Source: a virus
Taxonomy: Duplodnaviria > Heunggongvirae > Uroviricota > Caudoviricetes
DNA: 26,841 bases
Strand: one strand, 5' to 3'
IMG/VR virus record: IMGVR_UViG_2802429248_000008
Coordinates: 1-26,841 of that record
Positions within the stretch are counted from its first letter, which is position 1. Each line of letters starts with the position of its first letter. The position numbers and the translations under genes are program-made. The notes below the pieces were generated by a model. That model ran no database searches and was not told the origin of the DNA. It saw only the letters and a list, made by a program, of their open reading frames with translations. Positions 7,296-14,854 of this stretch are shown here, piece after piece.

Positions 7296-7526
7296 ATGGC
7301 AAACCGCAAACAGCACCGCGCTATCGCGGAGCGTCGTCACATCCAGACTGAAATCAACCGCAGACTTTTCCGCGCATCACGCGTCGCGCAGATCATGCAC
7401 ATCAATATGCTGCATGAGCGCAGCCACGCGCTATCGAACATCTATTCAGCCTCTATTTTCAGCTATCTGGCGGATGATCTGCGCGAGCTTCAGCGGCTCA
7501 TCCTGCAGCAAAACAAACTCCATTAA
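7296..7526 (+). CDS. Hypothetical protein, first gene after the noncoding junction
   Basis: 76-aa ORF, ATG 7296 with AAGAGG 9 nt upstream. Confidence 0.45.
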   Translation: MANRKQHRAIAERRHIQTEINRRLFRASRVAQIMHINMLHERSHALSNIYSASIFSYLADDLRELQRLILQQNKLH

Positions 7527-7598
7527 TTCTGGTTCCGGGCCTTTCCTGCACCTTGCGGCGGGAGGCCTTCGCACATCTGTAACAAGAGGATTGCCGCA

Positions 7599-7964
7599 AT
7601 GATTCTCGCCAACGACTTTCTTGAATACCTGCTCAACACAGAGCGCGATCTTGCCGTTCGCGTGCGTGACCGTTATGACATGTACCTGAAATCCCTGCCT
7701 GTACCGCAGCTCGCTGACGGAAAGATTGTTATTGATGGCCGCTACATGATTGACAGCCACGAGGGAAATTACAGGCTTTACCGCATTGAAGGCGGCACCC
7801 CGTCCGTTATTGGCATTTACCAGCGCCCATCCTCTGCGATCGTCGATGTGATTGCAGACAGCATCCGCATCACACATCGCTATGCCGACACAGAAGACAC
7901 CGTGCTGGAAATTCAGCGGCTGGCTGCCGTTTGCCGTGACACCCTGAACGGTATGACGAAGTAA
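7599..7964 (+). CDS. Hypothetical protein directly upstream of replication gene A
   Basis: 121-aa ORF, ATG 7599 with AAGAGGA RBS. Confidence 0.5.
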   Translation: MILANDFLEYLLNTERDLAVRVRDRYDMYLKSLPVPQLADGKIVIDGRYMIDSHEGNYRLYRIEGGTPSVIGIYQRPSSAIVDVIADSIRITHRYADTEDTVLEIQRLAAVCRDTLNGMTK

Positions 7965-7970
7965 ATCAGT

Positions 7971-10793
7971 ATGACGACAGAGTACATCAGGGACTGGCAA
8001 CAACCGCGCCACGCAGTAGGGCGTGAAGGAACGGGGATCCCCGCACCTGAATCCGCGCTTTCCTCCTGGCTGGATGCCTACCGGGCAGAGAACGAGCGCC
8101 GCCAGGAAAAGGCTGATGCGGTGTTCTCCGCCACGCCACTGGGCAACCTGATTAATAAAAGCCTGGACGCACAGGAAAAACAGGACAAAACCATCACTCT
8201 GGCAGGAGAAGCCAGAAGACAGGCACGCGGCGCGGTGGATGAAGCCATGGCCTCGCTGCGCCTGCTGCCGTCCTATCTGCGCGATCCGCTTATTCGCCAC
8301 CTCTCCTTCCTGCGCAAAAAACAGGAAGCCGATCGCCGGAAAGGCAAAAAGAGCTGGCAGGCAGAACGCTATGCACGCGGAACCCTGCGCAAGATATTCG
8401 ATCGCATTAACCGTGCCGACAGTCGCTGGCTGACACCGGGTTATCGCTCCCTTGCCGGACGCGAACGCCTGGACGATTTGCTTTACCTGCCGCAGCTCAA
8501 CAAACACCAGATACAGACGCTGGCCACCATGACGGCGGCGATGTTCAGCAGCACCTTCGAAAAACTCTGCGATGGCTTTGGCGCGACTGATGGTGAGCTG
8601 ACCATGGAGGTGGCACTGAAGGCGTATCAGATGCTGGCCCGCATGGCGTTACACCTGCACACCGTGCCGCCGCATTACGAAGCGCTGACAACAGACAAAG
8701 ACCGGAGGAACGAACCGGACACGGAGCTGCTGCCGGGCGCAATCCTTCGTCTGACCTGTGCGGAATGGTGGAAACGCAAACTGTGGCTGTTACGTTGCGA
8801 GTGGCGGGAAGAACAACTCCGTGCCGCCTGTCTGGTTTCCAGAAAAACATCGCCCTATCTGAGCCAGGACGCGTTAAGCGAGTTTCGCGCACAGCGCGAG
8901 AAAACACGCGATTTTCTGAAAAGTTTCATGCTGGAAAACGAAGACGGGTTCACGATTGATCTCGAGACAGTGTATTACGCGGGAGTAAGTAACCCGGTTC
9001 ACCGTAAGGCAGAAATGATGGCCACCATGAAGGGGCTGGAACTTCTGGCCGAAGCCCGTGGCGACAAAGCGGTGTTTCTGACTGTCACCTGCCCGTCAAA
9101 ATACCACGCCACAACAGAGAACGGTCATCCGAACCCCAGATGGAACGGGGCCACCATGCGCGACTCCAGCGATTACCTAGTTAACACGTTTTTTGCGGCG
9201 GTCCGCAAAAAACTGAACCGCGACGGTCTTCGCTGGTATGGCATCCGCACGGTGGAGCCTCACCATGACGGCACTGTGCACTGGCATATGATGGTCTTTG
9301 CACATCCGGAAGAAATCGACAGCATCGTGGCCATCACCCGCGATATTGCCATTCAGGAAGACCGCCACGAGCTGGGCAATGATATTACTCCGCGCTTTAA
9401 GGTGGAGTATGTCGACGGCTCAAAAGGCACACCGACCAGCTATATCGCCACCTACATCGGAAAAAACCTGGACAGCCGCGCCGTGGATGGCATCGACCCG
9501 AAAACGGGCAAGCCACGCGTTGACCACGAAACCGGAAAATCAATGGCCGAGAGCGTGGAGCGCGCCATCGGCTGGGCGCGCCTTCACCGCGTCCGCCAGT
9601 TCCAGTTCTTTGGCATCCCCTCCCGTCAGGTGTGGCGTGAACTGCGCCGCCTTGCCAGCCAGATGGCACGCAACCCGGAAGGCCCGCAACGGCTGAAGGA
9701 TGACGCAATGGATGCGGTACTCGCTGCCGCTGATGCCGGGTGTTTTGCCTCCTACATTGAAAAACAGGGTGGCGTACTTGTTCCACGCAAGGACTACCTG
9801 ATTCGCACCGCCTACGACCTCGCAGATGAGCTGAACGATTACGGCGAACAGGGCGTACAGATTTACGGGATCTGGTCACCACTCATCGGGGAATCCTCCC
9901 GTGTGTGCACGCACCCGGATAACTGGAAGCTGGTAAGACGTAAACCGGAACAGGAAGGTAGCGCCCACGAAAATGGTTTTGACCTTCAGGGCGGCCCTGC
10001 CGCCCCTTGGACCCGTGGCAATAACTGTCCCCGTGTACAGGAAACGGACAACAACGGGACAGAACAGCCGGAAGAACGGCCAGCACCGTGGCCGCAGCTT
10101 CCTGACGGCATTGAAGTGAACGAATGGATGCGCTCACTGAAACGGCACGAACGCCGGGCGCTGATGCGTTCGCTTCGTGACAAACAGGCAAAAAACAGCA
10201 GTGATGAAATGCAGAGCTGGACACAGAGCCGCAAACAGCAGCGGCCTTTGCCTGATAACCACGAATTACTCGCTAGAGAATGGCGGGAGTCTGCTGAATC
10301 TCTCGGCCTGCATATCGGTGAACAACAAATGCAGCACCTGTTACGGGGCGGCAGTCTGTACGTTGACGGCAGCATCATTGCACCGCAGGGATTTGAAATT
10401 GTACGCAAACCGGATACCCGCCCGGACAGCCGAATCACGCAGCTCTGGCAGCGCCTGAGCCGTAATCACGGTGTAAGCAGCACGGAGATCCGCCATAACC
10501 CGGTCGCCAGCTATCTGGCACAGCTGGGGGCATCAGACCCTGAAGCCGCCGCACGCCTGGCATCCACACTTCAGCAGGACCAGAACACCATGAAAACACC
10601 CGTTACCGTGCTTTCTGACATGCTGCGCGCCATCCGCGACGCAGAGCACGCACAGAGAATCAGTGAAACCACTGAACGCGCCCACCGCAAAGCAGACCTG
10701 CTGCGGGGTGGCCTGACCAGTGGAAACAAAAAACAGACAGAAACGGGACTCACGAATCCCGTAAATGAGCAAAAAACGCGCAGCGATATATGA
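7971..10793 (+). CDS. A: Rolling-circle replication initiator (P2 gpA family, HUH endonuclease), 940 aa with a long C-terminal extension
   Basis: HUH motif HHDGTVHWHMMVFAH and paired active-site tyrosines in SYIATYIGKN, characteristic of P2 A/phiX174 gpA-type initiators. About 290 C-terminal residues are low-complexity and Gln/Arg/Glu-rich. Confidence 0.85.
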   Translation: MTTEYIRDWQQPRHAVGREGTGIPAPESALSSWLDAYRAENERRQEKADAVFSATPLGNLINKSLDAQEKQDKTITLAGEARRQARGAVDEAMASLRLLPSYLRDPLIRHLSFLRKKQEADRRKGKKSWQAERYARGTLRKIFDRINRADSRWLTPGYRSLAGRERLDDLLYLPQLNKHQIQTLATMTAAMFSSTFEKLCDGFGATDGELTMEVALKAYQMLARMALHLHTVPPHYEALTTDKDRRNEPDTELLPGAILRLTCAEWWKRKLWLLRCEWREEQLRAACLVSRKTSPYLSQDALSEFRAQREKTRDFLKSFMLENEDGFTIDLETVYYAGVSNPVHRKAEMMATMKGLELLAEARGDKAVFLTVTCPSKYHATTENGHPNPRWNGATMRDSSDYLVNTFFAAVRKKLNRDGLRWYGIRTVEPHHDGTVHWHMMVFAHPEEIDSIVAITRDIAIQEDRHELGNDITPRFKVEYVDGSKGTPTSYIATYIGKNLDSRAVDGIDPKTGKPRVDHETGKSMAESVERAIGWARLHRVRQFQFFGIPSRQVWRELRRLASQMARNPEGPQRLKDDAMDAVLAAADAGCFASYIEKQGGVLVPRKDYLIRTAYDLADELNDYGEQGVQIYGIWSPLIGESSRVCTHPDNWKLVRRKPEQEGSAHENGFDLQGGPAAPWTRGNNCPRVQETDNNGTEQPEERPAPWPQLPDGIEVNEWMRSLKRHERRALMRSLRDKQAKNSSDEMQSWTQSRKQQRPLPDNHELLAREWRESAESLGLHIGEQQMQHLLRGGSLYVDGSIIAPQGFEIVRKPDTRPDSRITQLWQRLSRNHGVSSTEIRHNPVASYLAQLGASDPEAAARLASTLQQDQNTMKTPVTVLSDMLRAIRDAEHAQRISETTERAHRKADLLRGGLTSGNKKQTETGLTNPVNEQKTRSDI

Positions 10794-10838
10794 AGCGCGC
10801 ACAAAACAGGCAAAAACGGGATTTCAGAATCCCGTAAA
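10741..10838. promoter_or_regulatory. Two 25-bp imperfect dyad repeats flanking the parM upstream region (candidate parC centromere/operator, or A-associated site)
   Basis: aaacgggactcacgaatcccgtaaa (10741-10765, inside the 3' end of A) and aaacgggatttcagaatcccgtaaa (10814-10838). Each has inverted acggga/tcccgt arms; the second forms a perfect 8-bp stem (acgggatt/aatcccgt). AT-rich stretch and RBS follow before parM. Confidence 0.5.
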
Positions 10839-10869
10839 CGATTAATTAATCAACATAAGGAAAAGCGAC

Positions 10870-11829
10870 ATGAAAATTTGTATCGACGACGGCTCCACCA
10901 ACATCAAGCTGGCATGGACTGAGAACAGCGAACGCCGCAACGCCATCAGCCCGAACAGCTTCAAGTCGGAATGGTCTGCGCCGTTCGGTGGCTCGCAGCC
11001 TGCGAACTACATGCTTGATGGCGTGCGCTATGGTTTTGATCCGGTCAGCGATCGCTTTGTCCAGACGACCGACACGCAATACCAGTACAGCGATGTGAAT
11101 GTAATCGCCATTCACCACGCGCTGGTCAAATCAGGCATCACACCACAGGAGGTGGATGTGGTTGTCACCCTGCCACTGAGCGAGTATTTCGACACAAACG
11201 CACAGCCGGACATGGCCAACATCAACCGCAAAAAAGCGAACGTTATGCGCCCGGTGGAGTACCAGAACGGTGAGGCATTCACTATCCGTAACGTGCGGGT
11301 TATGCCTGAATCCATTCCGGCTGGCTTTAAAGCACTGGCTGACATGAGTCCGTTTGAATCCCTGCTGATTGTGGATTTAGGCGGAACCACGCTGGATGTG
11401 GCAAAGGTTCAGGGACAACTGGCAGGTATCAGCCAGGTGTTTTGCGATCCACACGTAGGCGTTTCCCTGATGGCCGATGCCGTACTGTCGGTGATGGCCA
11501 CTAACGGTATGCGTACCAGTCACCACATCGCCAATACCATTATCGAACATCGCCATGATGAAGCCTGGCTGCGCCAGCACATCCACAATGACGCGCATTA
11601 CAACAGCCTGATGGCGGTTATTCGTGAAAAGGAAGAAACACTGAAACAACGCGTGATCCGCGCGCTGGCGGGTTTTTCGGGTTACGGGCGGGTGATGGTT
11701 GTCGGTGGAGGGGCGGAGATTGTGGCACCCGCTATCCGCGAAGCCTGCGGAGTTAATGCGACTTTCATCGCGGACGGGGTGCCACAGTTTGCTCTGGTTA
11801 ATGGGCTGTACGCAATGGACAAGGAGTAA
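10870..11829 (+). CDS. parM: ParM/StbA-family actin-like partition ATPase
   Basis: 319 aa. N-terminal MKICIDDGSTNIKLAW, plus HHAL, NRKKAN, VMPESIPAG, LLIVDLGGTTLD, VGGGAEI and LVNGLY, co-linear with plasmid R1 ParM as I recall it. Confidence 0.88.
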   Translation: MKICIDDGSTNIKLAWTENSERRNAISPNSFKSEWSAPFGGSQPANYMLDGVRYGFDPVSDRFVQTTDTQYQYSDVNVIAIHHALVKSGITPQEVDVVVTLPLSEYFDTNAQPDMANINRKKANVMRPVEYQNGEAFTIRNVRVMPESIPAGFKALADMSPFESLLIVDLGGTTLDVAKVQGQLAGISQVFCDPHVGVSLMADAVLSVMATNGMRTSHHIANTIIEHRHDEAWLRQHIHNDAHYNSLMAVIREKEETLKQRVIRALAGFSGYGRVMVVGGGAEIVAPAIREACGVNATFIADGVPQFALVNGLYAMDKE

Positions 11830-11833
11830 ACCA

Positions 11834-12145
11834 ATGACGACACCAACCAGACGGATAAGTTTCTATCTGAAGCCCGCCGCCGTCAAGAACGAAGGCGAAG
11901 CATGCGCCTGGCTGGACAGCCTTACACCAGAAGCCCGCAAAAGCGGCCAACGCGTGGCTTTTCTGGCCGGGCTGGCACTTCTGAAAATGAATCCGGCAGA
12001 GGCTTACCGACTGGCTGCATGGGCTGACGATGAGGCGTTATCGGTGACACAAACCAGGACAGAACGCCCCGTGTCACAGCCAGTACCAACCGCACAGATA
12101 ACCAGTCAGATGGCAGGGAATATCCGGGCATTATTTCCTGAATGA
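11834..12145 (+). CDS. parR: ParR-like centromere-binding adaptor
   Basis: 103 aa, AAGGAG RBS, starts 4 nt after the parM stop. RRISFYLKP...DSLTPEARKSGQRVAFLAGLALLKMNP parallels the R1 ParR N-terminal region (RTIAFKLNP...DSIPQGERSRLNRAALTAGLALY) from memory. Confidence 0.7.
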   Translation: MTTPTRRISFYLKPAAVKNEGEACAWLDSLTPEARKSGQRVAFLAGLALLKMNPAEAYRLAAWADDEALSVTQTRTERPVSQPVPTAQITSQMAGNIRALFPE

Positions 12146-12205
12146 CGAATTTGACGGCTTTTAATTTTATCGGGGTGCACTGTCGCCCCGCACGAGGAAA
12201 ACACG

Positions 12206-12730
12206 ATGAAAAAATACGAATACATGCTAATGAAAGAAGCACTGCGGGCTGGTCTGGCTCCCTGTCCTGTATCCGTAGAAGCTGTTGTTGGGAACACGAT
12301 TTTCCGAACGCTGCGAAATCGCGTATCCGTGAAGATGATTCACCAACCACCCAAATCTACCAGCATGATCTATCTGCCGCTGCCCGAGGCTATCAAACTT
12401 ATGCGTTCGCTGAAATTTGCGATTTGGATGCAGACACAGCTCAACAAAGCGGTGCAAAACACCTTCGTTAAGAAACTGATGCCGGAGCTTGCTGCCAGAT
12501 GTGCAAAATGTACCAGACCAGCACTTCAATTTGATCTGTCATTGATTCAACAAGCTACGGAGGCAGAACTGTACCGCCTGTCACCTCTCCATGATGCTCA
12601 CACGGAAGCCTCAGAAATGTTCCGGCTCATGTTTCAATTTAATTTTGCCGTTCGACGCACACGCGTTCAGGTCAATCGCATGATGCAGGCGCAGGAAGAG
12701 CTGACGCAACACAAAGGAGGCAACCAGTGA
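12206..12730 (+). CDS. Hypothetical protein (174 aa), hotspot cargo
   Basis: ATG 12206 with GAGGAAAA RBS; stop overlaps the next gene's GTG start (GTGA). No recognisable motif. Confidence 0.5.
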   Translation: MKKYEYMLMKEALRAGLAPCPVSVEAVVGNTIFRTLRNRVSVKMIHQPPKSTSMIYLPLPEAIKLMRSLKFAIWMQTQLNKAVQNTFVKKLMPELAARCAKCTRPALQFDLSLIQQATEAELYRLSPLHDAHTEASEMFRLMFQFNFAVRRTRVQVNRMMQAQEELTQHKGGNQ

Positions 12731-13317
12731 GCAAGATTGACTATCAGGCATTACGCGAACGTTATTCACCTGCGCCAGTACCGAAATGCCCTATTTGCGG
12801 CGAGGAAATGTCAATTCAGCGAATATCTGGAGCACAGGTTGTTTATGCCTGCTCCGGTTATGGTGATGATGGAGATTTCAAAATTGGTCGAACTCTTGCC
12901 GACGAACATTATGAAAAATCACGCGTAACAGTGTTGGATGTCGGGGATCCTGAAGTATTGGCGCTACTTGATTGGCTGGAAACTAAAGACAACCGAATCG
13001 CTGAACTGGAAAAAATCGCCACTGACTATGCACTTAAATTCCAGAAAGCACAGGACGCATTAAAGTATGCCGCTTTGCTGCATAGCCGGACGGCGCAACA
13101 AACCAATAATTTTGCAGTATCGCTTCCGGACATAAGCGAATATTTCATTAATGACGTATTTCAGCCCTTGCGATACGAGCGGGATGTTGAAAGAGCCATC
13201 ATAAAGGCTGGCGGAAAAGCATTGTGGCAGGAGAAACACGAGGACAGAACGCATCAGTCCTGCGATGTAAATTGTGGATGGTTTAGCCCACTGACGACAG
13301 ATAAAAATAACACCTGA
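12727..13317 (+). CDS. Hypothetical protein with N-terminal zinc-ribbon-like motif and central coiled-coil (196 aa)
   Basis: GTG 12727 with AAGGAGG 9 nt upstream. CPICGEEM...YACSGYG cysteine cluster; coiled-coil segment LALLDWLETKDNRIAELEKIATDYALKFQKAQDALKYAALL; N-terminal IDYQALRE is reminiscent of Ead/Ea22-like prophage proteins (weak recollection). Confidence 0.5.
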   Translation: MSKIDYQALRERYSPAPVPKCPICGEEMSIQRISGAQVVYACSGYGDDGDFKIGRTLADEHYEKSRVTVLDVGDPEVLALLDWLETKDNRIAELEKIATDYALKFQKAQDALKYAALLHSRTAQQTNNFAVSLPDISEYFINDVFQPLRYERDVERAIIKAGGKALWQEKHEDRTHQSCDVNCGWFSPLTTDKNNT

Positions 13318-13756
13318 TCCCCCTCAAACCAGGGCGATAATCGCGCATCGCCCTGCTGCACAATAGCGCACAAATTTGCACAATTTTTTTGAAAGACTTT
13401 TTACCCTTCCGGCCCGCATGGTGGCTGGATCCGTCAAGGATCCGTGCGTGCACAAAAAAACGCGTTTTTTCTGCGCGCAGGTGACGGGGGAACAGCCCGC
13501 GTTTCAGGGGGTAAATAGCATTCCCTGAACGATGTCGCAGAGATACAACAGAATGGCTGTATTTCTCACGCTGAGCGTGAAAAAGACGTGAGGGCTTTTG
13601 ATTTGATGGGGTGAAAGGTAAGGCCGTCAAAATCGCACTGAGACGGCGAGAACATGCAGCCAACGCGGTGGGATTGCGTAAGAGTCTGGCTGTCGATGAT
13701 GGCAATAAGCAGGAAAGCGTCGTGAAATTATCTGATTGATACAGGAGCTGGAGAGT

Positions 13757-13781
13757 CGGGGCATAAATTTTTTATGCCCCG
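13757..13781. other. Perfect 11-bp stem hairpin just past the portal gene stop
   Basis: cggggcataaa-ttt-tttatgccccg; no U-run on either strand, so not a canonical terminator. Confidence 0.5.
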
Positions 13782-13807
13782 GCGAAGCAGCAGACAAGCG
13801 AAGCGCG

Positions 13808-14854
13808 TCAGGATGTGGGCTGGGTGTCCAGCAGTGCATAAGGGTTAAAGCGGATCACCTCTTCGCCAAGCCAGTCATTGATGTGCTTCATGGCCTCCAT
13901 GACGGGCATCAGCTCGTTAATTGCGTAAACCCGCGCGGCCTTCTCCACATCACCAAACGCACTTTTTTCGCCCGGCATCGCCCCCATCAGTTGCGGCGGA
14001 ACGCGGTGCGCAGCCAGCACATCATCACGGGATGCCGCCTTGACATTCATGAACTCATCCTTTGCGGTGATCTGCTGGAACGGCAAAATTTGCACCCCCT
14101 CTTTGCCCCCGTTGGGCGCATGAATGAGCACGTTTTTAAACGCACCACCACCACGTGCACCCTGTAACGTTTCTTTCAGGGAGTCCATGCTTTCGCGGTT
14201 TACCTGCGCTGCACCGATGTAGATGATGCACCCGGCGTGGGATCCGTTGTCGTAATACAGTTTTCTGAACATGTCCGCCGAATGAGACAGGCTGGCCGAG
14301 AGTAATGCGCCGAGATATTCCGGCATGCCGTAAATTTCCTGGTTAATGTCCGGATTCATCAGGTGGCACACTTTGCCAGGGCGAAACTGGAACGCGTCCT
14401 TGCCATCCTGCACATACCACCATGATTCAAGATCGCTTCCGCGTCGCATGTATTTCGCCAGTGCGTGCCGTAATTTAAGCGGTTCGCCGAGCATATTGCT
14501 TCGAAGCTCAAGGAATGCGTTACCGAACACAAACCAGTCCAGCGCCAGCGCCGAGAAATCCTGCCGGGAAAGCAGCGGGTGCGGAATATAGCAACCGAGC
14601 AATACATTGCGCTTAAAGTAAAGCGCAGACTGATGCCAGGACGTTTGCCGGGCAGCTCTTGCCAGACCGTACCAGTCCACCGGGGTTTCATACCACCGCC
14701 CGTTATCAGCACAGTACATATTGTCCAGCAGGTCATGCCCGGTCAGGCGATAAGGACCATCAAATGTGAATGCACTGAGCGATGATTCTTTCCTGAGCGC
14801 ATCAGCGAGATCAATGCGTGAACTCATGCGCACTTTTTTATTTTTTCTGCTCAT
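13808..14854 (-). CDS. Q: Portal protein (P2 gpQ family)
   Basis: 348 aa, translationally coupled to the terminase (ATGA overlap at 14854). Size and position match P2 Q; called from synteny and overall resemblance. Confidence 0.85.
   Translation of the reverse strand: MSRKNKKVRMSSRIDLADALRKESSLSAFTFDGPYRLTGHDLLDNMYCADNGRWYETPVDWYGLARAARQTSWHQSALYFKRNVLLGCYIPHPLLSRQDFSALALDWFVFGNAFLELRSNMLGEPLKLRHALAKYMRRGSDLESWWYVQDGKDAFQFRPGKVCHLMNPDINQEIYGMPEYLGALLSASLSHSADMFRKLYYDNGSHAGCIIYIGAAQVNRESMDSLKETLQGARGGGAFKNVLIHAPNGGKEGVQILPFQQITAKDEFMNVKAASRDDVLAAHRVPPQLMGAMPGEKSAFGDVEKAARVYAINELMPVMEAMKHINDWLGEEVIRFNPYALLDTQPTS

Noticed and set aside
6982-7602. 206-aa plus-strand ORF spanning the noncoding junction
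   Set aside because: Arg/Ser-rich composition, no RBS, runs through two terminator-like hairpins and overlaps the better-supported 7296-7526 gene in another frame.
7446-8507. 353-aa minus-strand ORF
   Set aside because: Antisense to the 5' end of replication gene A and the upstream ORF, whose plus-strand frame carries the HUH-family context; Ala/Arg/Gly-rich composition typical of an antisense artefact.
9397-10438. Minus-strand ORFs of 161, 113 and 150 aa inside the A gene
   Set aside because: Arg/Cys/Pro-rich, overlapping each other and the A reading frame; no independent start signals.
12146-12205. Hairpin cggggtgcactgtcgccccg between parR and the next ORF as a terminator
   Set aside because: Short 5-bp stem with a 10-nt loop and no downstream U-run on the plus strand; more likely incidental, and the following gene has its own RBS.
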